NCBI GenBank assembly: GCA_963823655.1
Contig: CAWGMK010000006.1
Span: 96,001-160,000 of the forward strand
DNA length: 64,000 nucleotides
Origin: an uncultured Bacillota bacterium
GTDB taxonomy: Bacteria; Bacillota; DTU025; MWDF01
Direction of reading: 5' to 3'
Positions 30,801 through 40,858 of the stretch are shown here, one piece after another (within the stretch, counting starts at the first letter, position 1; every line of letters starts with the position of its first letter). The translations under genes and the position numbers were made by a program. Below the pieces are notes generated by a model. That model had not been told where the DNA came from and did no database searches. It saw nothing but the letters and a program-made list of their open reading frames with translations.

Positions 30801-31883
30801 AGCAAGGGCTTCGGAGAATTCGCCCTGCCATTGAACCAGACTGTGAGCGGCAGCGCCAATCTGCAGTACAGTATAGGCCCGTTGAGGCTTGCCGGCTCAC
30901 TAAGCGCCTCATACAGGCTTGCCGAAGGTTTCGATCCCTATGCCTCGGCAGGGGCGACGGCTGCGCTCTATTTGCAGGCAGGAAAGAATACGTCGATTAG
31001 CCTAAGCTATGGTGAACCCAAACCGTTCGGATCCCTGCTTGCGCCGTCCGGCAATTACAGGTCGCTTGCAGGCAACATACGATATTCGGCATACATGACC
31101 TACGGCAGCCTTACGGCATCTGCCAGGGGAAGCTACAAGTGGGACGTCAGGAACGTCGCGGATACCGCGGATTTAAGCGCAAGCCTCATCTATGCTGCAA
31201 GGCAGATAAAGCTGTTCGGCGCAAGCTTCATTCCCAGGACCGAGCTGACCCTCTCCTACCTGATGCCATTGGGGGCGGACAGCAGGATATCGGCCTTTAC
31301 GAAGCTGTCGGCAGGTACTAGCATCGGAATCTTCGGCATGGACGCAAGCTATTGGCACAAACTGACCTATATGATCGAATCCGGAAGGCTGACCAACGCA
31401 GGCGAGGCGTCGATTACGGGCTATCTCAGCAAGGCCGGCTGGAAGCTCAGGCCCTCATTGCAGCTGGGGGCGGCTTATACTCTGGAAACTCCGAACATGG
31501 GGGAGACGGCGGGTACTTGGAAGGCAAGCGCGAAGTTTTCCCTGTCCAGCGCGGGCACCGTTCCCAACCTGGCGTCGGCGAGCTACGCATACAGCAGCTT
31601 AAAAGGCGGCAGGCACGATATCGGCCTGTCCGATTCATTTAGTTTCAGCATGCTGGAGGGAAGGCTCGGCTTCGGCGCTGGGGTAAACGCCAATATGGGG
31701 CTTCTGCCACTTAGCCTCGCCTCATCCTCATACAAGGCGGCAATTAACGCCAGCATAAGCTACAAGTTCGACAAGAGCTGGTCGGGAAGCCTGCTGGGCG
31801 AAGTCGGGCTGGGTTCATCTGCCCTTTATGATGATCCTAAGCTGCTGTACGGCTTTGAGTTGAAAATTACACTGAAGTTCTAG
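27855..31883 (+). CDS. Large secreted outer-membrane beta-barrel-like protein with SprA-like segments and internal beta-propeller-like region
   Basis: Signal peptide (..NAASA); alternating beta-strand pattern at N- and C-termini; terminal YGFELKITLKF; GSLSVRLDGKLLYAGTDYEIDYETG motif. Confidence 0.7.
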   Translation: MRRLLPLTIVIALLLTIPNAASAKLTLTGESIWRLGYGSRYYSTYGWKLGLGGFLASQEIRLDVTGEIIDGLFLEAHIDNTKGDLFQQLVVSLDWRGLWAKGGNIVYEPANALLSRPKTAIMGISAGFKGEKFAAFAIGGISSGSKGSKVFKGATAQESIEYVSGGPYLPSRGKSGLQGALEGLWQSATGAEFDPAFDKGGALFAESSSYGELSDFLGANSLGFLVNGAANPDGTLTAGEFVNGAGVDGLSGVSGAYIVLKELPQAIIRGMLVDLIRQYNENLGLSGGAAAKYPYIAGSQTDTEFLSSLLEGWVSFATASKATGEVIASAPFTAFSRGLIYPLGFTDVLADTLTVTAVALTGTQIPLIAVPGANWVCYEDRGYIEMVLPVDFTATYSYIRAAFSYRLAQGLYFLGGGIIRGSLSVRLDGKLLYAGTDYEIDYETGILMLMVTASDGAEGLLEVEYEFAKPGSKAWIAAVGASYSPANDLKISLEYSYGSDAPYLAEDETTVSRERSYEHLIAAWADWRLADGLKLSAGASFSASVFPGDSSLRDNDYNRIRYIEALEDNAGGIWWAFAHSAGVRVLSPYGGGWSDLRMPGSFAGVPVNGASHDSGIWYFATDAGLAMLDADYIGYGEGFADVVSLWKTAGTKDGLPSRLISSVSISMGSLFAGTPVGLVEGQLDLEGPWTLHRGSEHPELGDGVISGLAPIASGLLISCGDSIAYYDGLVFQQILAEGAQSLKSAQLDSGLSAVAATENGAIVIGPALEIERIGSGRHLTSAAGSGVFVFYTSEDGLFAYDLDGEIEVALHSGSAMEAVGTDGIDIYAGGMADELYAITLLRLDYPAGEIQEIGQLEHGINGRDRAHYLIKDPSENTAIGAGGYISLGYDSSAFDAEAVLKARGAGSLAGMGPGKADSASASLKLVWKPTGTLSVNFLEILELNKLFSYVKTEEPMVLSNTVQAGLGWNGPVTLNLLTSYIVSKGFGEFALPLNQTVSGSANLQYSIGPLRLAGSLSASYRLAEGFDPYASAGATAALYLQAGKNTSISLSYGEPKPFGSLLAPSGNYRSLAGNIRYSAYMTYGSLTASARGSYKWDVRNVADTADLSASLIYAARQIKLFGASFIPRTELTLSYLMPLGADSRISAFTKLSAGTSIGIFGMDASYWHKLTYMIESGRLTNAGEASITGYLSKAGWKLRPSLQLGAAYTLETPNMGETAGTWKASAKFSLSSAGTVPNLASASYAYSSLKGGRHDIGLSDSFSFSMLEGRLGFGAGVNANMGLLPLSLASSSYKAAINASISYKFDKSWSGSLLGEVGLGSSALYDDPKLLYGFELKITLKF

Positions 31884-31890
31884 CTGAGGG

Positions 31891-31916
31891 CAAGGCGGGC
31901 AGTAGCGCCCGCCTTG
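31891..31916 (+). terminator. Stem-loop / terminator
   Basis: caaggcgggc-agtagc-gcccgccttg. Confidence 0.6.
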
Positions 31917-31945
31917 ATATTGGCATATAATCTTATTGCTTCCGC

Positions 31946-32020
31946 GCGCCTATAGCTCAGTGGATAGAGCATCGGCCTCCGGAGCCGGGAGCGCAGGTTC
32001 GATCCCTGCTAGGCGCGCCA
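31946..32020 (+). tRNA. tRNA-Arg (CCG)
   Basis: GCGCCTA/TAGGCGC acceptor, TAGCTCAGTGGATAGAGC D arm, anticodon loop CT-CCG-GA, GGTTCGATCCC T arm, CCA end. Confidence 0.95.
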
Positions 32021-32136
32021 TTTAACCAACAGACTATCCAATTATGCCCATTCTTTTTTCCCTTGCTCATTTTTCGTAGTGTGAGTATCATATACCTTGG
32101 TATTCTTTGCGCACAATTATTCTGGAGGTGTGCAAT

Positions 32137-32464
32137 TTGCTTAAGCAAGCCCTTGACGTACTGAAAAAAGCGGAAACCGATGCAGAACTTACGGTAGCTT
32201 CCGCTAAGAAACGTTCCACCGAGATTCGCAACTAAGGCCGAAGAGGAAAAGGCGGAGTTAATCAGCAAATCGATAGCAGCCGCAAAGGCAGAAGCCCTCG
32301 CGGTCGCATCAAGATATGAGGCCGAGGCGGATTCGATCAAGGCCGATTCGGAACGCAAGTCGGTTGAGGAGGCAAAGCTTATCGAAAAGGCAGCTGCCGC
32401 CAACCGGACGAAAGCGCTCAATAAGGCAGTCGAGAGGATAGTGAGACGTAATGGCCATCGCTGA
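32137..32464 (+). CDS. V/A-type ATPase subunit G/H (apparent frameshift ~32225; missing from ORF track)
   Basis: GGAGG RBS and TTG start; LKQALDVLKKAETDAE...AEEEKAELI..NRTKALNKAVERIV coiled coil, first gene of the operon. Confidence 0.7.
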
Positions 32465-34431
32465 GATGCTCAGAGTGGCCGTTGTAGGCCTCACCGATGA
32501 CGCCGATAAAACTTCCGAGATTCTGCAAAAGCATGGCTGTGTCCAGATCGAGGCGATAACCGAGGAGGGCCATACAAAAAGGCTGTCCGACGGCACCAAC
32601 CTCCAGGACAGGGCGATGAAGGCGGAGGAGCTGGCAATTGACCTGAAGGCTGCGCTTGACTTTATGGACAGGCAGAAGCAGGTCAAGAAGGGAATGCTCG
32701 ATACCTTCATTGGATGGCATTACAGAATTGGCGAGGATGAGTACCTTAAACACGTAGCAGGCGGCGAGACGCGCGCCCGCGAGATTTCGGAGCTGGCCAG
32801 GCAGTCCGAGGGCCTTCTCAATAATATTGCCAATGAAATCAAAGCCATCGATTCCAAAGTCGAGGCTTTGCGTCCATGGACTTCCATAGAGATCCCCACG
32901 GCGGATTTCCTGCGGCTTAAGCACCACTCCTTCTATTTCCTTTCGGCAGACGCAGTGAAGGGCCTGAAAAGCCTCGATGAAGCGCTCAAAGGGCTTGAAG
33001 AACCGGCTGCCTACCAGGAGCTTTCAAGAGACGACAGGAAGGTATATGGCATAATCGCCGTAAACAAGGCCGACGCCCAGAAGTGCCTGCAGCTGCTCGC
33101 CCAGGAGGGCTATGACGCCGCGGAGATGATGGATTCGACGCTTCCGCCTGCAATGGAGATAAAGAAGCTTGAAGGCAGGAAGGCGGAGCTTCTAAAAGCC
33201 CAGGAGACGGCGAAGCAGGGTGCTCTGAAGCTTTGCGACCTGAGGCCGGAGGCGTTCAGCCTATATGATCATTACGCCAATGAAAAGACCCGCTACGAGA
33301 CCGCGGGCGGCTTTCTTGCCACAGAAACATCCTTCGCGCTAGAAGGATGGGTGAGGAAGGACCTTCTCCAGGGGCTCCAGAAGGAACTTGGCCAGAAAGT
33401 GGCCTCCGCCGTTGTAATCAGCCGCAAGCCTGAAGAAGGCGAGGACGTCCCGGTAGACCTCATCAACAAAGGGATCTTCAGCCCGTTCGAGTCGGTTACA
33501 AGGATCATGGGCCTTCCCAGGCAGGGAAGCGTAGATCCGACGCCTCTTCTTGCGGTTTTCTTCTTCATTTACTTCGGCACATGCATGGGCGATGCGATTT
33601 ATGGGATTATAATGACGGCGCTGGGCTCTATACCTGCTCAAGAAGATCAAGACCGCAGGCATGGGAACGCAGCTGCTGCAGCTCTTAGTCGTGGGCGGCA
33701 TCGCGACCATTTTGATGGGAGTGCTGTTCGGCGGCTACTTCGGAGACCTGTTCATAAAGTATCTGAAGCCGTTGTGGTTCGACCCGATGAGCCCCAATGG
33801 CCCGCTACTCTTCCTGGGCTTCTCCTTTGGAATGGGCGTAGTGCAGATATTCTTCGGAATGGGCATCAAGGCCTGGGACAACGCACGCAACGGCAGATGG
33901 CTCTCCGCAATATACGACCAGGGCTTCTGGGTGGTGCTTCTGCTGGGAGTTGGGCTTCTAATCGGCGGAGGGGCTCTTGGTCCCGGATACTCAACAATAG
34001 GCAAATGGTTGTCAATAGCGGGCGCCGCAGGGCTGGTGCTGACTCAGGGCAGGCACCATAAGAACCCGGTCATGAAGCTGGGCGGCGGAATTGTAGGCTT
34101 ATACAACATCACTTCCTACATGAGCGACGTCGTGTCCTATTCGAGGCTTTTCGGCCTCGGTTTCACAAGTATCGTTATCGGCATGGTCATCAACTACATG
34201 GCCAAGATGGTGCTCGAAATACCCATCGTGGGATACGTCCTGTTCGTTGTGATACTCGTATTCGGGCACATGTTCAACCTCTTCATCAACATAACCGGCG
34301 CTTTCATACACTCCTCAAGGCTTCAGTATGTTGAGTTCTTCGGCAAGTTCGCCGATTTCGGCGGCACGAAGTACTCGCCGTTCCGAAAGTTCAACAAGTA
34401 TGTAGATATAGACTTCAAGGAGGCAAAATAA
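32451..34431 (+). CDS. ntpI: V/A-type ATPase subunit I (apparent frameshift ~33630)
   Basis: EGWV, VDPTP, GDAIYG, SDVVSYSRLFGLG and HSSRLQYVEFFGKF. Confidence 0.92.
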
Positions 34432-34432
34432 G

Positions 34433-34902
34433 ATGACTGACGGAACCGTTCTCACACTTCTGGCGATCGCTATCGCAGTAGGCCTTCCGGGCTGCGGATC
34501 TTCCTATCGGAGTTGGCCTTGTGGGCCAGGCAGGCTCGGGCGTCGTATCTGAGGACCCAGACAAATTCGGACAGATCCTGCTTCTGCAAATCGTCCCGGG
34601 AACACAGGGTATCTACGGAGTACTGGCGGGCCTCATGATCATGCTGCAGAGCAGGCTTCCTCGCAGGCAACATCCCCGCGTTCACGTTGCTTGAAGGCTG
34701 GGCCTATGTAATGGCGGCCCTGCCGATAGGTCTCGTCGGCCTCGTGTCGGCAATCTATCAGGGCAAAGTCGCGGCATCCGGCGTCGGCATCATCGCGAAG
34801 AAACCCGGCGAGATGGGCAAGGCGATCCTGTTCGCCGCCATGGTCGAGACCTATGCAATCCTTTCGCTCTTGGTAAGCCTGCTGCTGATCATCAGGCTAT
34901 AG
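34433..34902 (+). CDS. ntpK: V/A-type ATPase proteolipid subunit K (frameshifted)
   Basis: EDPDKFGQILLLQIVPGTQGIYG; SAIYQGKVAA; AAMVETYAIL. Confidence 0.88.
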
Positions 34903-34921
34903 AAATCTACGGAGGCGTACC

Positions 34922-35539
34922 ATGGACAACCTCTCACCTTTGGTGAAGAAGATCATGCAAAAAGCTGAGGAAGAGGCAGCGGCCATCTTGGCTGAGGCTG
35001 AGGCTTCTGGCAAAGAAGACGGCCGAGGCCGCATCTTCGGAAGCCGGGCTGAAAGCGAAAGAGATATTGGCCAACGCCGAAGCTCTGGGCAAAGAGGCCG
35101 TAAGGCGCGCGAATGTGCAGGCGTCTATTGGCCGTCAGGAATGCCAGCCTTGCCGAGAAGGGCAAAAGGGTGCAGATGAATACTCGAGAGCCTTCCGGCG
35201 AAGCTCCATTCCCTGAACGACAAGGACTACGCGACCATGATGAGAGGCTTCGTGCTTTCGGTGGCGCCTCTGGGCCTGGTGCACGTGCTGCCGGCCCCCA
35301 AGGATAAGGAGGTCTTCAACTCGGCCTTCGTTAGCGGGATGAATGAGGTATTGCAGGGCAGGGGCCAGGATACCACTCTCATACTCACGGGCGACGACGC
35401 CGATATCGAAGGCGGGCTCCTCCTCAAGGGGGATAACGTCTCCGTGGACTGCTCATTGCTTTCGATATGCGAGTATTACGGCGAAGAGCTTGAGCCTATA
35501 GTCTCGGCCGCACTTTTCTCGGACGAACCGAACCGTTAA
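34922..35539 (+). CDS. ntpE: V/A-type ATPase subunit E (frameshifted)
   Basis: KIMQKAEEEA N-terminal helix; C-terminal DIEGGLLL...VDCS. Confidence 0.75.
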
Positions 35540-35545
35540 GGGGTT

Positions 35546-36626
35546 TTGCAGATGGAGAACATCGGAACCTATGCATATGCAGTAGGAAGGGTGAAAGCCC
35601 TCGAGTCCAGGCTGCTCGACTCCTCAAGCATGCAGAGGATGATCGACGCGCCCAACTTCGACGAGGCCATGCGGTTCCTTGCGGATAGCGAATACTCCGG
35701 AAGGATACAGAAGCTGAGCTTCGAGGGGGCATTGAACGCGTCAGTGAAGCAGGTAAATGAGATCATGGCGTCATTCTCGCCGATCCGTACTTCACGGGCA
35801 TGTTCTATGCCGAGTACGATTTCATAAGGCTGAAGGCATTCCTTAAGGCTGCTTTCATGAAGTCGGCAGGGCTGCAGGCCGTTCTAGGGGAGGCGCCGGA
35901 GCTTGGTTTCTTGCCGGTAAGCCGGATCGAGGAGATAGCCATTCGGGCATCATCGGCCGGCGAGGGCAAAGATCCATTCGGGAGGCGCCATGCCGGGGGC
36001 TGAGGAGAAGAAGCTAAAGGATGAAGAGGCGCTCATTTCGGCATTGGTCAAGGCCGCAAGCCTTGCTTGTGCGAACTTCAGGAAGTCAGGGGACGATCCT
36101 CTTGAGATCGATTCGGCAGTGGACGCCGCCTTCTTCTCATACATCTCCGAGATAGCGTCGTCCAGGTCGGCCCAGTGGGCGCAGAGTATAGTCGCCGCCA
36201 AGGCTGACATGGCCAACATGCTCTGGTGATGAGGGCGCCGCCGCAGGCAAGGATGCGCTTTTCGTGAAGTCCTCCCTTGTAAGCGGGGGACGTATGGAGA
36301 AAGCCGCTTTCCTGGAGGCTGCAAAAGAGGGCGAGGGCAGGCTGAGGCGAGCCCTTGAGGCCAGCCCATACTGCAGGGCGATTGGGGCCGCTTTCGAGCT
36401 TTGGGCGAAGGACGGGGCGCTGAGGCCTTTCGAGATGGCAGCCGACGCATACGTCTACTCGCTGGCAAAAGAGGCGAAGTCGATGACCGACGGCTATGCC
36501 CCTGTGATGGGATATCTTCTTATGAAGCAGCAGGAGGCATCTATGCTGAGGCGGATCCTGGCTGGCAAGGCCAAGGCGCTGGCGCCGTCTTTCATACGCG
36601 AGAGGTTGAGTGACGGGAATGCATAA
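35546..36626 (+). CDS. ntpC: V/A-type ATPase subunit C (frameshifted)
   Basis: YAYAVGRVKALESRLL; C-terminal PVMGYL...LRRILAGK...IRERL. Confidence 0.8.
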
Positions 36627-36951
36627 GATGGCAGTAATCGGAGACGCGTCGTCTATTGCAGGCTTCGTGGCCTTGGGGCTTACGGTAATGCCTGCAGCGG
36701 ATGCTGCCGAGGCGACCTCCCTTCTAAAGAAGGCCGCCGACACAGGACACGCAGTGATTTTCATAACGGAGGGATACGCGGCGGGCATGCTGGATGCTAT
36801 TGCAGCATATGCCAAGAAACCGCTGCCTATAGTGCTCTCCATTCCGGACAATGAAGGAAATGCCGGAGCGGCTTTGGCAAAGCTGAGGCGCACGGTTGAG
36901 AAGGCGCTCGGCGCCGATATACTCTTCGGGAAAGAAGGTACTGGCCAGTGA
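36619..36951 (+). CDS. V/A-type ATPase subunit F
   Basis: KMAVIGD..SIAGF, IFITE, IP and VEKALGADI. Confidence 0.9.
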   Translation: MHKMAVIGDASSIAGFVALGLTVMPAADAAEATSLLKKAADTGHAVIFITEGYAAGMLDAIAAYAKKPLPIVLSIPDNEGNAGAALAKLRRTVEKALGADILFGKEGTGQ

Positions 36952-38737
36952 GCACTGACATGCTAGTAGGCAGGATAACCAAGGTAAGCGGCCCCCTCGT
37001 AGTTGCGGAGGGCATGGCCGGAGCCAAGATGTACGACGTCGTAAGGGTCTCGGACAAGAGGCTTGTCGGCGAGATCATCGAGATGAGGGCGGACAAGGCC
37101 TCCATACAGGTCTATGAGGAGACCTTCGGCCTGGGCCCCGGAGAGCCGGTATTCTCGACAGGAGAGCCCCTTTCGGTAGAGCTGGGCCCCGGGCTTATCA
37201 GCTCGATCTACGACGGCATCCAGCGTCCGCTGCAGAAGATATACGAGAAGGAAGGGGACAGGATCACGCGCGGCGTCGAGGCCAACGGCCTTGACCACGA
37301 GCACAAGTGGGCCTTCTCCCCGGCAGTCAAGCCCGGCGACTTCGTCAAGGGCGGAGATATCATCGGCAAGGTGGAGGAGACCAAAGTAGTCGAGCACAGG
37401 GTCATGGTGCCTCACGGGCTTGCGGGCACTGTTGTCTCGGTCGAAAACGGCGAATTCACAATCGATGAGACGGTGGCCGTCATAAAAGACGATGCAGGGT
37501 GAGCTGCATAACGTGGCTATGCTGCAGCGCTGGCCCGTACGAAAAGGCAGGCCCGTACGGGCAGAAGCTCTCGCCTGACCAGCCTATGACCTCCGGCCAG
37601 AGGGTAATCGATACCTTCTTCCCGGTTGCAAAGGGCGGCACCGCATGCGTTCCCGGACCTTTCGGCTCGGGCAAGACGGTAGTGCAGCATCAGCTGGCCA
37701 AGTGGGCGGACGCGGACATAATAGTCTACGTCGGCTGCGGTGAGCGCGGCAATGAGATGACGGACGTGCTCATGGAGTTCCCGCACCTTATGGACCCGAA
37801 GAGCGGCGAGTCCCTGATGAAGAGGACAGTGCTTATTGCCAACACTTCGGACATGCCTGTTGCGGCAAGGGAATCTTCCGTTTACACAGGAATAACAATA
37901 GCCGAGTACTTCCGCGACATGGGCTACTCCGTTGCCCTTATGGCGGACTCGACGAGCCGCTGGGCTGAGGCCCTGAGGGAGATGTCAGGAAGGTTGGAGG
38001 AGATGCCCGGCGAAGAGGGCTACCCCGCCTACCTGGGCAGCAGGGCTGGCGGAGTTCTATGAGAGGGCAGGCAGGGTCAAGTGCCTCTGCAGCGGCGATC
38101 GTGAAGGCTTCCTCACAGTTATAGGAGCGGTAAGCCCCGCAGGCGGCGACCTATCTGAGCCTGTCACCCAGGCGACACTAGGATAGTGAAGGTCTTCTGG
38201 AGCCTCGAGGCAAGCCTGGCATATGCCAGACACTTCCCGGCGATAAGCTGGCTTACCAGCTATTCGCTGTATGAGGACCAGATTGCTGGATATCTCGAGA
38301 AGAGGATCGGCAAGGACTTCCTGGACATGAAGAAGGAAGCCATGAGGATACTTCAGGAGGAGGCCGAGCTATCTGAGATAGTCAGGCTGGTCGGCGTCGA
38401 CTCCCTTGGTCCCATGGACAGGATAACGCTGGAGACCGCGAAGACCATAAGGGAAGACTATCTGCATCAGAACGCATTCCACGAAGTGGACACATATACA
38501 TCCCTCGACAAGCAGAAGGCGATGCTTTCCGTAATCCTGGGCCAGGACAAGCAGATGAGGCGCGGCGCCGACGCGGGCGTTGAGCTGGAGAGGCTGCTGT
38601 CCATAAAGACCCGCGAGAAGGTCGGCCGCATGAAGTACATCGAGGAGAAGGATATCAACAAGATCAGCGCCATTGAGGAAGAGACGGCCGCACAGGTGGC
38701 AGCCCTTATGGCCGAGGGTGGTGAGCAGAATGCTTAA
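36948..38737 (+). CDS. ntpA: V/A-type ATPase catalytic subunit A (frameshifted)
   Basis: [45 protein letters not shown] and LHQNAF. Confidence 0.95.
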
Positions 38738-40121
38738 AGAATACAGGACCATTAAGGAGATCGTCGGCCCGCTGATGCTCGTAGAGATGGTCGAAGGCGT
38801 CAAGTACGGCGAACTGGTGGAAATCAGGCAGGCAGGGCGGAGAAGTCCGCCGCGGGCGCGTGCTGGAGAGCAACGGGGACAATGCATTGGTGCAGCTGTT
38901 TGAAGGCTCATCGGGCATAGACCTCACAAGCGCGACCGTAAGGTTCCTCGGCCACGGCATTGAGCTTGGCGTGTCGATGGACATGCTCGGCAGGATATTC
39001 AGCGGCATGGGCAAGCCCAGGGACAACGGCCCGCATATCATCCCCGAGAAGCGCATGGACATCAACGGGCTGCCGATGAACCCCTACGCCAGGGACTACC
39101 CATCGGAGTTCATCCAGACAGGTATTTCCGCGATTGACGGCCTGAATACGCTCGTGCGCGGCCAGAAGCTCCCCATATTCTCGGGCTCCGGCCTTCCGCA
39201 CTCGCAGCTCGCGGCCCAGATCGCAAGGCAGGCGAAGGTTTTGAGCTCCGGCGAGAACTTCGCCGTCGTGTTTGCCGCCATGGGCATCACGTTCGAAGAG
39301 GCCGACTTCTTCATCAAGGACTTCCAGAGAACGGGCGCCATCGAAAGGGCGGTCCTGTTCATCAACCTCGCCAACGACCCGGCCATCGAGAGGATCGCAA
39401 CGCCCAGGATGGCGCTGACAGCCGCCGAGTATCTGGCATATGAGAAGGACATGCACGTGCTGGTCATAATGACTGACATGACCAACTACTGCCGAAGCCC
39501 TGCGAGAAATATCCGCCGCCAGGAAAGAGGTCCCCGGCAGGCGCGGCTATCCCGGCTATCTGTACACCGACCTTGCGACACTGTATGAGCGGGCCGGCAG
39601 GATTAAGGGCCGCAAAGGCTCAATAACCCAGATACCGATACTATCGATGCCCGAAGACGACAAGACCCATCCGATACCGGACCTTACCGGCTATATCACG
39701 GAAGGCCAGATAGTCCTGTCCCGCGAGCTTCACAGGAAGGGCATCTATCCGCCTGTGGATACGTCTGCCGTCGCTTTCCAGGCTTAAGGACAAGGGCATA
39801 GGCAAGGGCAAGACGCGCGAAGACCACGCCGACACGATGAACCAGCTTTACGCGGCATATGCTCGCGGCAAAGAGGCCAAGGAGCTGGCAGTAATCCTAG
39901 GCGAGGCTGCGCTGTCCCCGGCAGACAGGGTATTTGCGAAGTTCGCGGACGAATTCGAGCGCAGATACGTCGCCCAGGGAGTCTATGAGGACCGCACCGT
40001 ATTCGAGACCCTTAGCATCGGCTGGGAGCTTCTCTCGATGCTTCCAAAATCCGAGCTCAAGAGGGTTCGCGAGGAATATATCGCGAAGTACATGCCGACT
40101 TCGGGCGGAGGCTCGAACTAG
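38730..40121 (+). CDS. ntpB: V/A-type ATPase subunit B (frameshifted)
   Basis: [32 protein letters not shown] and TDMTNY. Confidence 0.95.
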
Positions 40122-40131
40122 CTGTTAGGAG

Positions 40132-40782
40132 GTGGCATCCTTGCTTAGCAATGTAAGCCCGACAAGGATGCAGCTCCAGAGGCTCAAGAAGCGTTATGTA
40201 GTTGCCAAGAGGGGCCACAAGCTGCTCAAGGATAAACTGGACGAACTGCTTAAGAACTTCCTGGAGCTGGTCAAGAAGAACAGGGACCTGAGGACCAAGG
40301 TTGACTCGGCGCTGGCGGAGGCCTTTACCGGCTTTGCCGTAGCGCGCGCAGTCATGTCCTCTTACGCAGTAGACGAAGCCCTGATGTTCCCGAAGGAGAG
40401 GGCATCTGTCACCGCCTCCTCCAGAAACCTCATGAGCGTACAGGTGCCGGTGCTCAAATGGAGCTTCGAGGAGCAGTCCGACCGCAGCCGCATCTACCCT
40501 TACGGCTTCGCCGCCACAAGCGCCGAGCTGGACAGGGCGATTAAGCTTCTTTCCGACACGATGCCGCTTCTAATCGAGCTGGCAGAGGTCGAAAAATCGG
40601 TAGAGCTGCTGGCAGAGGCCATAGAGACCACAAGGCGCCGCGTTAATGCGCTGGAGCATGTGCTAATACCCCAGCTTGAGGAGAGCATCAAGTACATAAA
40701 GATGAAGCTTGAGGAGCTCGAGAGGGGCAACCTGTCCCGCCTTATGAAGATCAAGGAGATCGTAAGGGCTAAAGGGGCATAG
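40132..40782 (+). CDS. ntpD: V/A-type ATPase subunit D
   Basis: PTRMQL, RGHKLLKDK and TRRRVNALEH. Confidence 0.95.
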   Translation: MASLLSNVSPTRMQLQRLKKRYVVAKRGHKLLKDKLDELLKNFLELVKKNRDLRTKVDSALAEAFTGFAVARAVMSSYAVDEALMFPKERASVTASSRNLMSVQVPVLKWSFEEQSDRSRIYPYGFAATSAELDRAIKLLSDTMPLLIELAEVEKSVELLAEAIETTRRRVNALEHVLIPQLEESIKYIKMKLEELERGNLSRLMKIKEIVRAKGA

Positions 40783-40802
40783 CAATAGACTAGTTAAAAC
40801 TA

Positions 40803-40841
40803 GAAGGCGCAGCTCGCATTTAATTGCGAGCTGCGCCTTTT
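40803..40841. terminator. Bidirectional intrinsic terminator
   Basis: gaaggcgcagctcgca-tttaat-tgcgagctgcgcctttt. Confidence 0.85.
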
Positions 40842-40858
40842 CGATTCCTGTGGGAAGG

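Noticed and set aside
31946-32136. Integrative element at tRNA-Arg
   Set aside because: No integrase and no 3' tRNA duplication seen; the tRNA is followed directly by housekeeping ATPase genes.
32137-40121. V-ATPase operon as a decaying pseudogene cluster
   Set aside because: Catalytic motifs are intact, the damage is small indels, and the same errors hit essential pyrG and thyX; assembly error is more likely.
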